Below, in pieces: positions 37,290 through 46,213 of a stretch of 57,709 nt of DNA (within the stretch, counting starts at the first letter, position 1; every line of letters starts with the position of its first letter). The stretch comes from a virus (Duplodnaviria; Caudoviricetes): positions 1 to 57,709 of the IMG/VR virus record IMGVR_UViG_3300030107_000393; one strand, given 5' to 3'. The position numbers and the translations under genes are program-made. The notes under the pieces were generated by a model. It was given only the letters and a program-made list of their open reading frames with translations. It was not told where the DNA came from and searched no databases.

Positions 37290-37731
37290 TTATAGTTCTC
37301 CTGTCTTTATACCATTTTGGTGTGTCTTCGTCTCTTAAAAGACCATAAATAATACCATCTTCATATTGACCATTTTTATTTTCAAAAAATTGTCTGGCTA
37401 TTCCTTCTTGTTTAAAACCCATAGTCTTATTGAGCTTATGTGCTTTTTCATTTGATTTCTTAACTATGCTTGATACTCTGTTACAGCCACAAGTATCCCA
37501 TACATAATCAAACAAATGAGATATAAAACGCTTCTGCCACCATCTTGGATTAGTTGAAACTACATTTACTTGAATATCATTCTTAGAATAATTGGTAAAA
37601 ATAACAGCACCAATAAGATTTCCATTTTCTTGAAAACCAAAACATTGGGGATTATGCCATGTAACTTCATCTAAAAATTTACTAGCCCAATTTGATATTC
37701 TTTTATTTTCGTCTGTTATCATCATTATCAT
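37282..37731 (-). CDS. GNAT-family acetyltransferase-like protein
   Basis: GCNRVSSIVKKSNEKAHKLNKTMGFKQEG...YGLLRDE. Confidence 0.8.
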   Translation of the reverse strand: MIMMITDENKRISNWASKFLDEVTWHNPQCFGFQENGNLIGAVIFTNYSKNDIQVNVVSTNPRWWQKRFISHLFDYVWDTCGCNRVSSIVKKSNEKAHKLNKTMGFKQEGIARQFFENKNGQYEDGIIYGLLRDEDTPKWYKDRRTING

Positions 37732-39293
37732 TAAGTAGATACCACACTTGCAGCTATTGTTACTTGAAGACCATTGCCACTAGAATTGTTTGTTACAATA
37801 AAACCTATTGATTTACTTGCTGACGTTGCGTCTACTTCTATAGCTGTAGATAAAGTTATGTCTTGAGGGGTTGATGTTACACTGTATGTAGAACCTTGAC
37901 CAACGCCATTGACAGCTAATTGTAAAGACAATGTGCCAGAAGCAAGAAATACATTTAAGCCATTTATCTGTATCTTTTCTTTAAATATTCTTTTTACTAC
38001 CACTGTTGAATTAGAAGGAGTTGTTATAGCGTGATAAAAACTTGTTGTTGACAGTGATGCAGGTAATTGGGTTGAGGGCAGACGTCCAGTACTGTCGAGA
38101 GTAGCAACACCATTCGCTGCCCCCTTTTGAGTTACAGCAATAACGCTTGATAAATCAATCGTGCCGTACTGTAATGCTGTTCCTGTTCCATTTACTTTAA
38201 CAAACTTTCCTGCGTCTGCTGTTGCAAATGTAGGTAAAGAACTTTCTGGAGATGTTTGAAGAAACTGAGTTCCATCATAAAACTTTAATACGTTAGGTGT
38301 CTGTGATGTATCAAGAAATAAATCGCCAGTTGCAGGACTTGATGGTGTAGAACTTGCGACTGTCAGCTTTGCTTTTGCCGCTAAGCCTGTTGATAAACCT
38401 GTTACTTTAGCTTGTGCTATAGCACCATCAGCTATTCCTATCTTGTCAAATCTTAAAAGACCAGTTGCTGTGTCAGCATATGTTGCTTCCATAAGAAGTC
38501 CTGTTACAGCATTTTCTGCTGTGTTCTGAACTGTGATAATAGTTACAGTATTGCCACTTGCTATTGAAGAACCAAAGGTTACTGTGTTGTTATCAGGCTG
38601 TGTTGTATAGTCGTTTGACCCACCTTCTCTTTGCAGTATACCATTTTTATAAACTTGAAGAGTTTGGTCTTCTGTATGTGTAAAGTTAAAAACATTCTGT
38701 GCGCCAGTTGTTACAGTATCTGACCTTGTAAATCCTGTTATCGCTGTTGAACGAACTTTATATATACTTACAGTTGCTGCGTTGGCTAATGCAGAATTAA
38801 ATGTCACTGCTCCTGCACTGCCTGTGCCAGCAGTTGGGCTTGACGTATAATCAAAAGAACCACCAGACCTTTTTAAAACACCATTAACATATACAACAAG
38901 TTCGTCTGTACTGTTATGAGAGTAATCAATGACTGTTGTTGAATTGTTTGCTGTTACTGTATCTTGTCTTGAGTGAAAAATAGGTGCGCCAACAGTACCT
39001 GCTGTTGAGCCGTCTGCACCTTTTATACTTGCCAATGTAGCAAGTGTTAGCCACCCAGTATTGTTGTCTGTATATGAGCCAACTCTGTATTGTAGACCTG
39101 CACTTGAGTCTAATCTCATTTCTACAGGACCTGTCCAGTTGCCTGCCGTATCAAAAATCTTGGCTAATAGTTCGCCAATAGTATTATCTCCAAGTTCGGC
39201 TGAGTTTAAATATCGAGTAAGATTTTCAAACTCGGTATTTATGTTGCCACTTGAACCATAATTTTGTGGATATTGTTGTCTTAATCTTACCAT
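37731..39293 (-). CDS. Tail/structural protein with repeated beta-sandwich modules
   Basis: Two VYxNGxLxR..GG..DYT..VTF repeats; Thr/Ser-rich. Confidence 0.65.
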   Translation of the reverse strand: MVRLRQQYPQNYGSSGNINTEFENLTRYLNSAELGDNTIGELLAKIFDTAGNWTGPVEMRLDSSAGLQYRVGSYTDNNTGWLTLATLASIKGADGSTAGTVGAPIFHSRQDTVTANNSTTVIDYSHNSTDELVVYVNGVLKRSGGSFDYTSSPTAGTGSAGAVTFNSALANAATVSIYKVRSTAITGFTRSDTVTTGAQNVFNFTHTEDQTLQVYKNGILQREGGSNDYTTQPDNNTVTFGSSIASGNTVTIITVQNTAENAVTGLLMEATYADTATGLLRFDKIGIADGAIAQAKVTGLSTGLAAKAKLTVASSTPSSPATGDLFLDTSQTPNVLKFYDGTQFLQTSPESSLPTFATADAGKFVKVNGTGTALQYGTIDLSSVIAVTQKGAANGVATLDSTGRLPSTQLPASLSTTSFYHAITTPSNSTVVVKRIFKEKIQINGLNVFLASGTLSLQLAVNGVGQGSTYSVTSTPQDITLSTAIEVDATSASKSIGFIVTNNSSGNGLQVTIAASVVST

Positions 39294-39294
39294 T

Positions 39295-40806
39295 TTATGT
39301 CCTCACAGTTACTGCAAATCCTATAACTCTTAATAATCCTGCGCCACCAGTTGTTGTAATACGATACTGTGCAGCTTTATATCTATGTTTCCAACTTCTT
39401 TCATATTGACGTGATAATGGCACATCTTGGAAGTAGTTGTCGTCCGATGTGTCATCAACCTCTATAACTAATGAACCTATTGTACGCCCATATAAATCTT
39501 GTGCATCTAAATTAATTATGCCTTTGCCAGATGCTTGTATAACTATGCTGTGTGTTTCTTTTGTTTCTTCTAAACTTCCATGCCAAAGTAGTGGTGTAGT
39601 TATAGCCAATGAAGGAGTTACAGCGTCTTTATCTATTTCTTCTGGCTGTAAAATTTCATATATACCACCTGTAGTTCCAAGGATAAGCTTACCATTTAGG
39701 AAGTCGCCACATCTAGCATTTAAGAAATCGCCTTGACTGTACTTAGGTTGAGGCTGTCCACCTTCTGGGTTCATAGATAATGTAAGTCTTTTACATAAAA
39801 AATCACCAGACTGTGGGAAAAATACATGGTATTGTGCTGAGTCTTGGTCAAAGACGGCACTTATCTTTTCTGGGTCTGGACAAGAAGCAAACAGTTCTCT
39901 GTATAATATATCTACTTTATCTGAAAGACTGTATGAGTAAACAAGAAGTCCGTTGTCTTCTGACCTTTTAACTGAGTGTATTCCAGAACGTGAACAGAAT
40001 AATAAGTCTGTTCCTGCGTTTTGTATGGTGTTGTGACTTATACAGCCAATGTTTACGTAAGCATTGTCGTCTAGTAACCAGTTGCTAATGCTAGGGTCTA
40101 TCTTATAAATGATGGCTTTGTCACTTGTAAACACTACAAGTCTGTTTTGTTCGAATGTTCCAAGACCTGTTATCTTGTCTGCTGTACCTAGTAGGTTTGC
40201 TATATCTACAAATCCTGCACGTAAGACGTTTGTACTTGTTGCCTCTTCATCGTCTGGAAAGATTTCGTCTTGGTCTACACGAGAAAAATGAACTTGTGTT
40301 TCTTTACCATTAATACCTGCTACTACCAGACGTCTTTGTATAGATGTGCAGAATGCAGGCTTTAATTCGTTGATTGCTCTTGATTGATTTCTTTTAAATA
40401 TTGTGCCGTCATACATGTACATAGGTCGTTCTCTGCAAGCAAACTGAACCTTTTGATTGAATACTGTACTTGATACGATAGCTGTTTTAGGGTGTACGTC
40501 TTCTAAAACGTGGTCACTTTCAGACCTAAACGAAATGCCAGAACCTGTTTCTTCTACAAATACTGTCTGTGTTGAATTAAAATATCTAACGTGATTGACG
40601 ACTGTTGTGCCTTTTCTTAATTTGGCAGACGGCTCTCTTACTATCTGTCCTCGCCAATCACATGTAGCATTGTTTAGTTTTGCAAGATGTTGTTGTTTGC
40701 CTGTATCAAGAGACGTAATGTCACGAGACGTATCCAAACCTTGGAAGTCTTCATATGGGAAAGTTTTAATCTTTACTCCACCTGGCGATTTAACAGGGCT
40801 TGTCAT
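39295..40806 (-). CDS. Probable tail nozzle/stabilisation protein
   Basis: FQGLDT start, VHFSRVD, IGCISHNTI beta-propeller-like motifs; follows the adaptor. Confidence 0.65.
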   Translation of the reverse strand: MTSPVKSPGGVKIKTFPYEDFQGLDTSRDITSLDTGKQQHLAKLNNATCDWRGQIVREPSAKLRKGTTVVNHVRYFNSTQTVFVEETGSGISFRSESDHVLEDVHPKTAIVSSTVFNQKVQFACRERPMYMYDGTIFKRNQSRAINELKPAFCTSIQRRLVVAGINGKETQVHFSRVDQDEIFPDDEEATSTNVLRAGFVDIANLLGTADKITGLGTFEQNRLVVFTSDKAIIYKIDPSISNWLLDDNAYVNIGCISHNTIQNAGTDLLFCSRSGIHSVKRSEDNGLLVYSYSLSDKVDILYRELFASCPDPEKISAVFDQDSAQYHVFFPQSGDFLCKRLTLSMNPEGGQPQPKYSQGDFLNARCGDFLNGKLILGTTGGIYEILQPEEIDKDAVTPSLAITTPLLWHGSLEETKETHSIVIQASGKGIINLDAQDLYGRTIGSLVIEVDDTSDDNYFQDVPLSRQYERSWKHRYKAAQYRITTTGGAGLLRVIGFAVTVRT

Positions 40807-40813
40807 CTAACCT

Positions 40814-41452
40814 CTAACTGGAACTGCCAGTATAAGACGTGCTTGTACTGCTACTTGTATTCCTATTAAGTAGTTCAAGATTAGCATAAGGCTCTGACCT
40901 ATCATAATCTTCCTTCTCTTTATACCTAATTGTGTATCCGTTTAGACGTCTCCACAACTGTTGGTTTAAAGTTCTATGATACATAGGCATATAAAACTGT
41001 AGCTTTTCACTACCTTGTTGCATTGCATAATGGTAAAGAATGCCTTGTACAATGATTACATCATCTATTTCTCTAACATCATCAAGACCTTCATAGTAAT
41101 CAAAAGTTACTGGTACAACAATATTTGTGCCAGCACTGTCTGTGTCATTTTTAGTAGGTGCGTAAGGGTGCATTCTTATATCGTCTATAACCATGTTTGC
41201 AAATTCTATAAACATTAGAAGGACGTCTCCGTCTACAGTGCCTGGTGAAAACTCACCATATCTTCTTAGTGCAGACATGCATAAAGTTCTCAAAGGTGAA
41301 TAGCCAGATTTTATATGGGGGTTAGCATTACTTTTCTCTGTAACAAGTTTCTTGCTTTCGGAAGTATGCGTTGCTCCTGACATAACACTTCCGTCTGTCA
41401 TAGTATGTGTGTCGCCTGTCCATACTCTTCCGTCTGGTAGGTAATATGTCAT
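40814..41452 (-). CDS. Probable head-tail adaptor with N-terminal His-containing module
   Basis: Position; helical core; N-terminal YYLPDGRVWTGDTHTMTDGSVMSGATHT. Confidence 0.55.
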   Translation of the reverse strand: MTYYLPDGRVWTGDTHTMTDGSVMSGATHTSESKKLVTEKSNANPHIKSGYSPLRTLCMSALRRYGEFSPGTVDGDVLLMFIEFANMVIDDIRMHPYAPTKNDTDSAGTNIVVPVTFDYYEGLDDVREIDDVIIVQGILYHYAMQQGSEKLQFYMPMYHRTLNQQLWRRLNGYTIRYKEKEDYDRSEPYANLELLNRNTSSSTSTSYTGSSS

Positions 41453-41455
41453 ATG

Positions 41456-41743
41456 TTATGCCTTTCGTTTTATTCTGCCATTTAAAAAGAAGTGGTGTTT
41501 TTCAAATCTTTGTGTATCTGAAGCTTCTACTTTCCATTCGCAACGTCCAGAACTTTCATTTCTTGTGCTTCTAATATCTGCACATTCAAACATATAAGGT
41601 TCTTTTTCTCTGCTTTCATATATAACATATGAAGATGAAGTCTTTGGTTGCTCCCATGCTTCGTTTACATCTGGGGTACTTGGGTCATCTGCTTTAAGTG
41701 TGCCGTCTTCGTTTCTAGCTCTTACTTTTTTTGCTTTCGCCAT
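41456..41743 (-). CDS. Hypothetical protein after the capsid gene
   Basis: RARNEDGTLKADDPSTPDVNEAW motif; GGAG RBS. Confidence 0.75.
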   Translation of the reverse strand: MAKAKKVRARNEDGTLKADDPSTPDVNEAWEQPKTSSSYVIYESREKEPYMFECADIRSTRNESSGRCEWKVEASDTQRFEKHHFFLNGRIKRKA

Positions 41744-41818
41744 TTATCTCTCCAAATTTTTCTTCGTATAAAGCTCGCCAGGTGGGTTGTTTTATACCTT
41801 TGTGTATGATTATACCCT

Positions 41819-41858
41819 AAAAAAACATAAAAAGGGAACATAAAATGCTCCCTTTTTA
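41819..41858 (-). terminator. Intrinsic terminator after major capsid gene
   Basis: AAAAAGGGAGCAT-TTT-ATGTTCCCTTTTT followed by a T-run on the minus strand. Confidence 0.8.
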
Positions 41859-41882
41859 CATCGTAGGAATATCAATCTCCTA

Positions 41883-43073
41883 TTAGGCTGTGCCTGCCCA
41901 GTTCTTAACATAAGCATGAACTTTATCTTGTAAGAGTTCTAATCCACACTCAGTTAAATATTCACTCTTTTGTGAATCGGCATCTACTGCTTGTCGATTC
42001 TCTAAGAGTTGGGTATCACGACCTTCTAGGTAACGATAAACAAGATATGGGAAATCAACAATAACCATTGCAGTTTTCATATGAGCTAACTGACGGAACT
42101 GTGGGTGTAAGTGTACCATCAAGTCACCTGCGAAAGTGCTGTATTGTGTTAGGTTGATGCCATAGCTACCTTCTATCGCTGTTGGTTGCCAACGTGCTTT
42201 ACCTATTTTTTGTAGTAAAGCTGCACATGTTTCACCGACAAAAGCTATCTTTTGCTTTGAACCATACTTAAATACAGTAGAAATCAAAAGCTTATCTAAG
42301 CCTTCTTCAGTCATATTGTTTGCAGAACTACCACCATAAGTGCCGCTACTTGTTGCCAAGTCTACCACGTTAGTTAGTGAGTTAGTTAAACCACCAGTAT
42401 ATCTAGTTGGACTTGCACTTGAACCACTTGCTTCGTGCTTGTTGCCGAAGAACATAGCTCTTTCAATGTCAGACATATGTAATTTTAATGCCTTAGTCAT
42501 TGCTTCGTCCATCTTATCACCAGTTCTTAGATAGGTGCTTGCTAAAGTATTAGATACTTGGAAAGCAGTTCTAAAAATCTGAGTGAAGTTGTTGGTTACT
42601 GTAGCATCAAATGTGATTGCTGTTGGTGATGTTGCACCTTCAGCTGCGGCATATCCTGCCACAAACAGTACAGCATTATCTGCAATTTGATGTGAAGTAC
42701 CACCAATGTTACGAGTAACTGCAAGGGTTGTACCTGTTGTGTCAGCAGTTGCCTGCATAACTTCACCAGTAGTTTGGTTAATAACGATTGCACCTTTAAT
42801 TGCAAACTTATTGTCGTCTGCTGCATCTATTGTTATTGATGCTGTAGACGTTGAGTTTACTGCTCCATTAACAGTCATAGTTCTGTCAGGCAACTCGTCT
42901 CTGAAGTTCTTGTACTCAGGGTCGTCTGTTGGCTCTGATGAACCCATTGCTAACATAGCGTTTAATGGTGCGTTACCATTTGGTTCTAAGAGAGTAAATA
43001 ACTCTCTGTAGTTTTTAGGACGGAAGTCCGAACTGAACTCACCTGTCCCTCTCATGCCTTGAATAGGGGCCAT
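41883..43073 (-). CDS. Major capsid protein (SU10/DUF5309-type)
   Basis: NFTQIFR, ALKLHMSDIERAMFFG, RYTGGL, EYLTECGLEL; AAGGAG RBS; follows scaffold. Confidence 0.88.
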   Translation of the reverse strand: MAPIQGMRGTGEFSSDFRPKNYRELFTLLEPNGNAPLNAMLAMGSSEPTDDPEYKNFRDELPDRTMTVNGAVNSTSTASITIDAADDNKFAIKGAIVINQTTGEVMQATADTTGTTLAVTRNIGGTSHQIADNAVLFVAGYAAAEGATSPTAITFDATVTNNFTQIFRTAFQVSNTLASTYLRTGDKMDEAMTKALKLHMSDIERAMFFGNKHEASGSSASPTRYTGGLTNSLTNVVDLATSSGTYGGSSANNMTEEGLDKLLISTVFKYGSKQKIAFVGETCAALLQKIGKARWQPTAIEGSYGINLTQYSTFAGDLMVHLHPQFRQLAHMKTAMVIVDFPYLVYRYLEGRDTQLLENRQAVDADSQKSEYLTECGLELLQDKVHAYVKNWAGTA

Positions 43074-43143
43074 TTTAGTTTCTCCTTAAAAAACAAATTA
43101 AAAATTTTAAGCGAGTTTCACGGAAATGCCATCGTTAATCTCA

Positions 43144-43163
43144 TATCTAGCCGTAGCGAGATA
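43144..43163 (-). promoter_or_regulatory. cUACGg hairpin in capsid leader
   Basis: TATCT-C-GC-TACG-GC-T-AGATA. Confidence 0.65.
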
Positions 43164-43204
43164 ATTTATTATTATATAATTATTATGCGTCTGTCTACCC
43201 TTAT

Positions 43205-43233
43205 AAAAAAAAGACCCTCTAAAAAGAGGGTCT
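43205..43233 (-). terminator. Intrinsic terminator after scaffold gene
   Basis: AGACCCTCT-TTTT-AGAGGGTCT then T7. Confidence 0.88.
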
Positions 43234-43281
43234 AGTTCAAGAGGAAATATTAGTGTATTGCTAGGGGTGCTTTTATGCTTT

Positions 43282-44376
43282 CTAACTATATCCTTTCTTA
43301 GACATTACTTGATTTGTAAATCTATCAAAGGTGTTAGGAGCATCTCCTTGTGGGCTTGCCATGTCTCCTGCATTAGCAGTTTGACCTACGCTACCAGTAA
43401 ACGCTTGTCTTTTGCCCATGATTTCTCTAAGTCTAGCCATCTCTGGCGATGACTTGTTGTTTTTGTAATCTGTCATTACTTTGATTGTAAGCTGTGGGTC
43501 TGCAAAGTCTTCCATTGTATATCCACGTTCTGCTGCAAACATCTGAAACTCTTGTGCGTCTCCGTCTGCCAGACCTAAAGCTTGTTGAACTCTGTCTAAA
43601 TTATTTGCGATTGTTTGTTTTGCTGCTGTTATTTGTGCATTCTCACCAGTTTGGAAACCTGCTTTCGCTGCGTCTGCCATACCTGCACTTTGTGCTACGA
43701 CCTGACGTAGCATGTTTTTCATCATTGCAAGTTCTTGTTGCATAGCACCAACATTACTGTTTCCCTGTGCAGACATATTCATCATGTCTCTAAAACCAGG
43801 TGGTAATGTAACAGCGTTGTCTTCTTCCCATTTCTTGAGAGACGCTTCCATATCGCCTGATTTTAATGCTGTGTCTTTCTCATAAACGCCTGGCTTGTCG
43901 CCTTGAGTGTTACCCATTGTAGGATTTGACTCTCCTGCTTTTGAAATATTTGCCAGTTGTTCTGCTATTTGTTTGGTTGATACACCAGGATTGGCTCTCA
44001 TGTATTGGTCAATTACGTCTGTAATTGGTTTATATACTGCATTCTTATGGTTGAGTGCCGAATACCTTTCGAATGTAGATTTAATTTGATTAGGCGTAAG
44101 TTCTCTTTTTTTCTTGTTGCCTTCTTTGTCTGTTTCACCAAAGTCTATTTCGTAGACTACAGCTTCTGCGACCATCTTATCTCCTTCAGTATCAGGCGAA
44201 CCTTTAGAAGCAGCTTGCTCGGTGGCAGTATCTTTTGGTTTTGGTGCTTGTTGTTGTGTTGCAGGAGGAGCAGGTTGTTGTGTTTGCGCCTGTTGCGTTG
44301 GAACGCCCAACTGGTTTGAAGCAATTCTACTAATTGCGTCTGCTGCCATTTGAGGGTCTTGCTTTTGTATAGCCAT
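43282..44376 (-). CDS. Probable capsid scaffolding protein
   Basis: Q/P-rich N-terminus, helical, directly upstream of the capsid gene. Confidence 0.7.
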   Translation of the reverse strand: MAIQKQDPQMAADAISRIASNQLGVPTQQAQTQQPAPPATQQQAPKPKDTATEQAASKGSPDTEGDKMVAEAVVYEIDFGETDKEGNKKKRELTPNQIKSTFERYSALNHKNAVYKPITDVIDQYMRANPGVSTKQIAEQLANISKAGESNPTMGNTQGDKPGVYEKDTALKSGDMEASLKKWEEDNAVTLPPGFRDMMNMSAQGNSNVGAMQQELAMMKNMLRQVVAQSAGMADAAKAGFQTGENAQITAAKQTIANNLDRVQQALGLADGDAQEFQMFAAERGYTMEDFADPQLTIKVMTDYKNNKSSPEMARLREIMGKRQAFTGSVGQTANAGDMASPQGDAPNTFDRFTNQVMSKKGYS

Positions 44377-44390
44377 TTTGTTTTTTCCTT

Positions 44391-44408
44391 TCTTAGCCGT
44401 AGCGAAGA
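44391..44408 (-). promoter_or_regulatory. cUACGg hairpin abutting the scaffold RBS
   Basis: TCTT-C-GC-TACG-GC-T-AAGA followed by AAGGA and ATG. Confidence 0.65.
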
Positions 44409-44726
44409 TTAAGTTTTGTACTTTTGATAACCTGTTACATCTGTTTCAGTTATATCTATATTACTCTTTTTTTTGTTTTCGTCTACCTTTTCTAACGCAA
44501 TTTCATTCTCATAGCGTATTTTTAAACGATTGGGCATTTCGAGTAACTGTTTTCCTGCCCATATTGCACCTCGTCTAAAGTTAATTTCTTCCAAATCCAT
44601 CTTAGGACTTTCAGCGATACTCATGGCAGACGTTACTATTTCTTCTTCCATGATTTCTACTATTAACTTCCAACTATTAGATTCTAATAACTTTGAAAGA
44701 TTTTGTAACTTTTGCTTTGGTGTCAA
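44409..44726 (-). CDS. Hypothetical protein upstream of scaffold (105 aa, TTG start)
   Basis: LLESNSWKLI...FRRGAI...LEMP helical pattern. Confidence 0.72.
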   Translation of the reverse strand: MTPKQKLQNLSKLLESNSWKLIVEIMEEEIVTSAMSIAESPKMDLEEINFRRGAIWAGKQLLEMPNRLKIRYENEIALEKVDENKKKSNIDITETDVTGYQKYKT

Positions 44727-44852
44727 CTATTTTCCCTGACGTTTACCCATCTTCTTGCTTTTTCTGATGATAGGCTTGCCTGCCCTAAAAGCTTTTACCT
44801 TGCTAGGTACAGGTCTTGTTATTACTTTTTTAGTATCTAATTGCATACCCAT
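44727..44852 (-). CDS. Small basic protein (41 aa)
   Basis: AGGAG RBS; fills the gap exactly. Confidence 0.55.
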   Translation of the reverse strand: MGMQLDTKKVITRPVPSKVKAFRAGKPIIRKSKKMGKRQGK

Positions 44853-44861
44853 GATATACTC

Positions 44862-45065
44862 CTAAGTTAAAACGATTGAAATTACAAGTCCAAGAATAGA
44901 TAAAGTTGTGACAGCTTGCATACCTTCAAGTCGCCACATACGTTTATCAAGGCTATCAAGTTTATCTTGAACGGCTTGGTATCTAACAGCACACTCACGT
45001 TCATGTGCTTCCAGATTCATTTGAACAGCCATTTCTGGCTTTATTGTTGTTTTAAGTCTTGGCAT
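44862..45065 (-). CDS. Coiled-coil protein with C-terminal TM helix (XhlA-like)
   Basis: LEAHERECAVRY...LDKRMWRLE then a hydrophobic tail. Confidence 0.7.
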   Translation of the reverse strand: MPRLKTTIKPEMAVQMNLEAHERECAVRYQAVQDKLDSLDKRMWRLEGMQAVTTLSILGLVISIVLT

Positions 45066-45071
45066 TATAGT

Positions 45072-45575
45072 TTATCCTTGTATTTCCATTGCAGTAATTG
45101 TTGAACTTGAACGACCACTACTGTCTTGTCTGCTTCTATTAAAATAACAAGTTGTATGACTACTTGTTCTAACTAAATAAGTTGTAGCTGAAGTTGTATT
45201 TGGTGTATCAATAAAATGAAAAGCATGACTTTCCATAGTATATTGACTACCACCCATATCATCATATGAAAGATAGCCACTAGCACCACCAAATGACCCA
45301 GTACCTTCGGCTATACTTGTACTTCCTCTTACTAATTGTATAGCACCATTAGGATTACCTTGACCAAAAAATCCAGTTATCATTATCATTACTTTATTAG
45401 ATGCAGAAGTCGGTGTAATTGTTACTGACATTAAATCTGCACTACCATGATTAGTAGTATTTGCAACTTGTGTAGCAGTATTATTTGTTACAACTTGAAT
45501 AATAGAACCAGTAGGCATTTTAGCTGAAGATATGGCTTCACCTATTGATGCGTTTGTTATTTTAGATAGTGCCAT
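45072..45575 (-). CDS. Tail fibre-related protein (167 aa)
   Basis: MALSKI...GSIIQVV...ITPTSASNKV...SSTITAMEIQG. Confidence 0.75.
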   Translation of the reverse strand: MALSKITNASIGEAISSAKMPTGSIIQVVTNNTATQVANTTNHGSADLMSVTITPTSASNKVMIMITGFFGQGNPNGAIQLVRGSTSIAEGTGSFGGASGYLSYDDMGGSQYTMESHAFHFIDTPNTTSATTYLVRTSSHTTCYFNRSRQDSSGRSSSTITAMEIQG

Positions 45576-46213
45576 TATGATTTTATCCCATATAAACTAA
45601 ATTTACCTTGAGCAACATTACCACTAATAGCTGCAAACTTTAAATTATTTATTGCTGTTCTATCTGAGTTTGATGACCCCACAATTTTTGAAGCACCATT
45701 CCACCAATAATCATTACCAGTATTATGACCACCATCAAGGTCGTGTACTCCAATACAATTATAATACATTGCCTTATAACCAGTAGTGTTTCTTAACCCA
45801 ATAAAATATACGTCTGCATTAAGACCTTTATTTGCAGTACTTTCTGTTCCAGTACCTATATTAATTTTAGCTGAACTGTTACCTACTGTACCAGCAATTC
45901 CAGAAGCATTTGATTTAAAGTCGTGATACTGCATATGTTGTTCAATAAGTATGTCGTAAGTTGAACCATTATCATCTGATGGAAAAACAGTAAGAGCCTG
46001 TCCATTTGTTGCAGGTGCGTAATTCCTTATAACAACTTTGTAATCCATATATGTATCTGTAATATGACTTGATGTAAAAGTTACGGCAGCTTGACTTGAA
46101 GCATCTATTGTATGGATAAGATTAAAATCATTTTGTAATGAAGAGTCAACTTTAGCACTAGGGACGACTGTGCCTCCCTGTAATAAGTCTGCTAGGTTTC
46201 TTGCTCTGCTCAT
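45575..46213 (-). CDS. Tail fibre-related protein (212 aa)
   Basis: MSRARNLADL...SGNVAQGKFSLYGI. Confidence 0.75.
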   Translation of the reverse strand: MSRARNLADLLQGGTVVPSAKVDSSLQNDFNLIHTIDASSQAAVTFTSSHITDTYMDYKVVIRNYAPATNGQALTVFPSDDNGSTYDILIEQHMQYHDFKSNASGIAGTVGNSSAKINIGTGTESTANKGLNADVYFIGLRNTTGYKAMYYNCIGVHDLDGGHNTGNDYWWNGASKIVGSSNSDRTAINNLKFAAISGNVAQGKFSLYGIKS

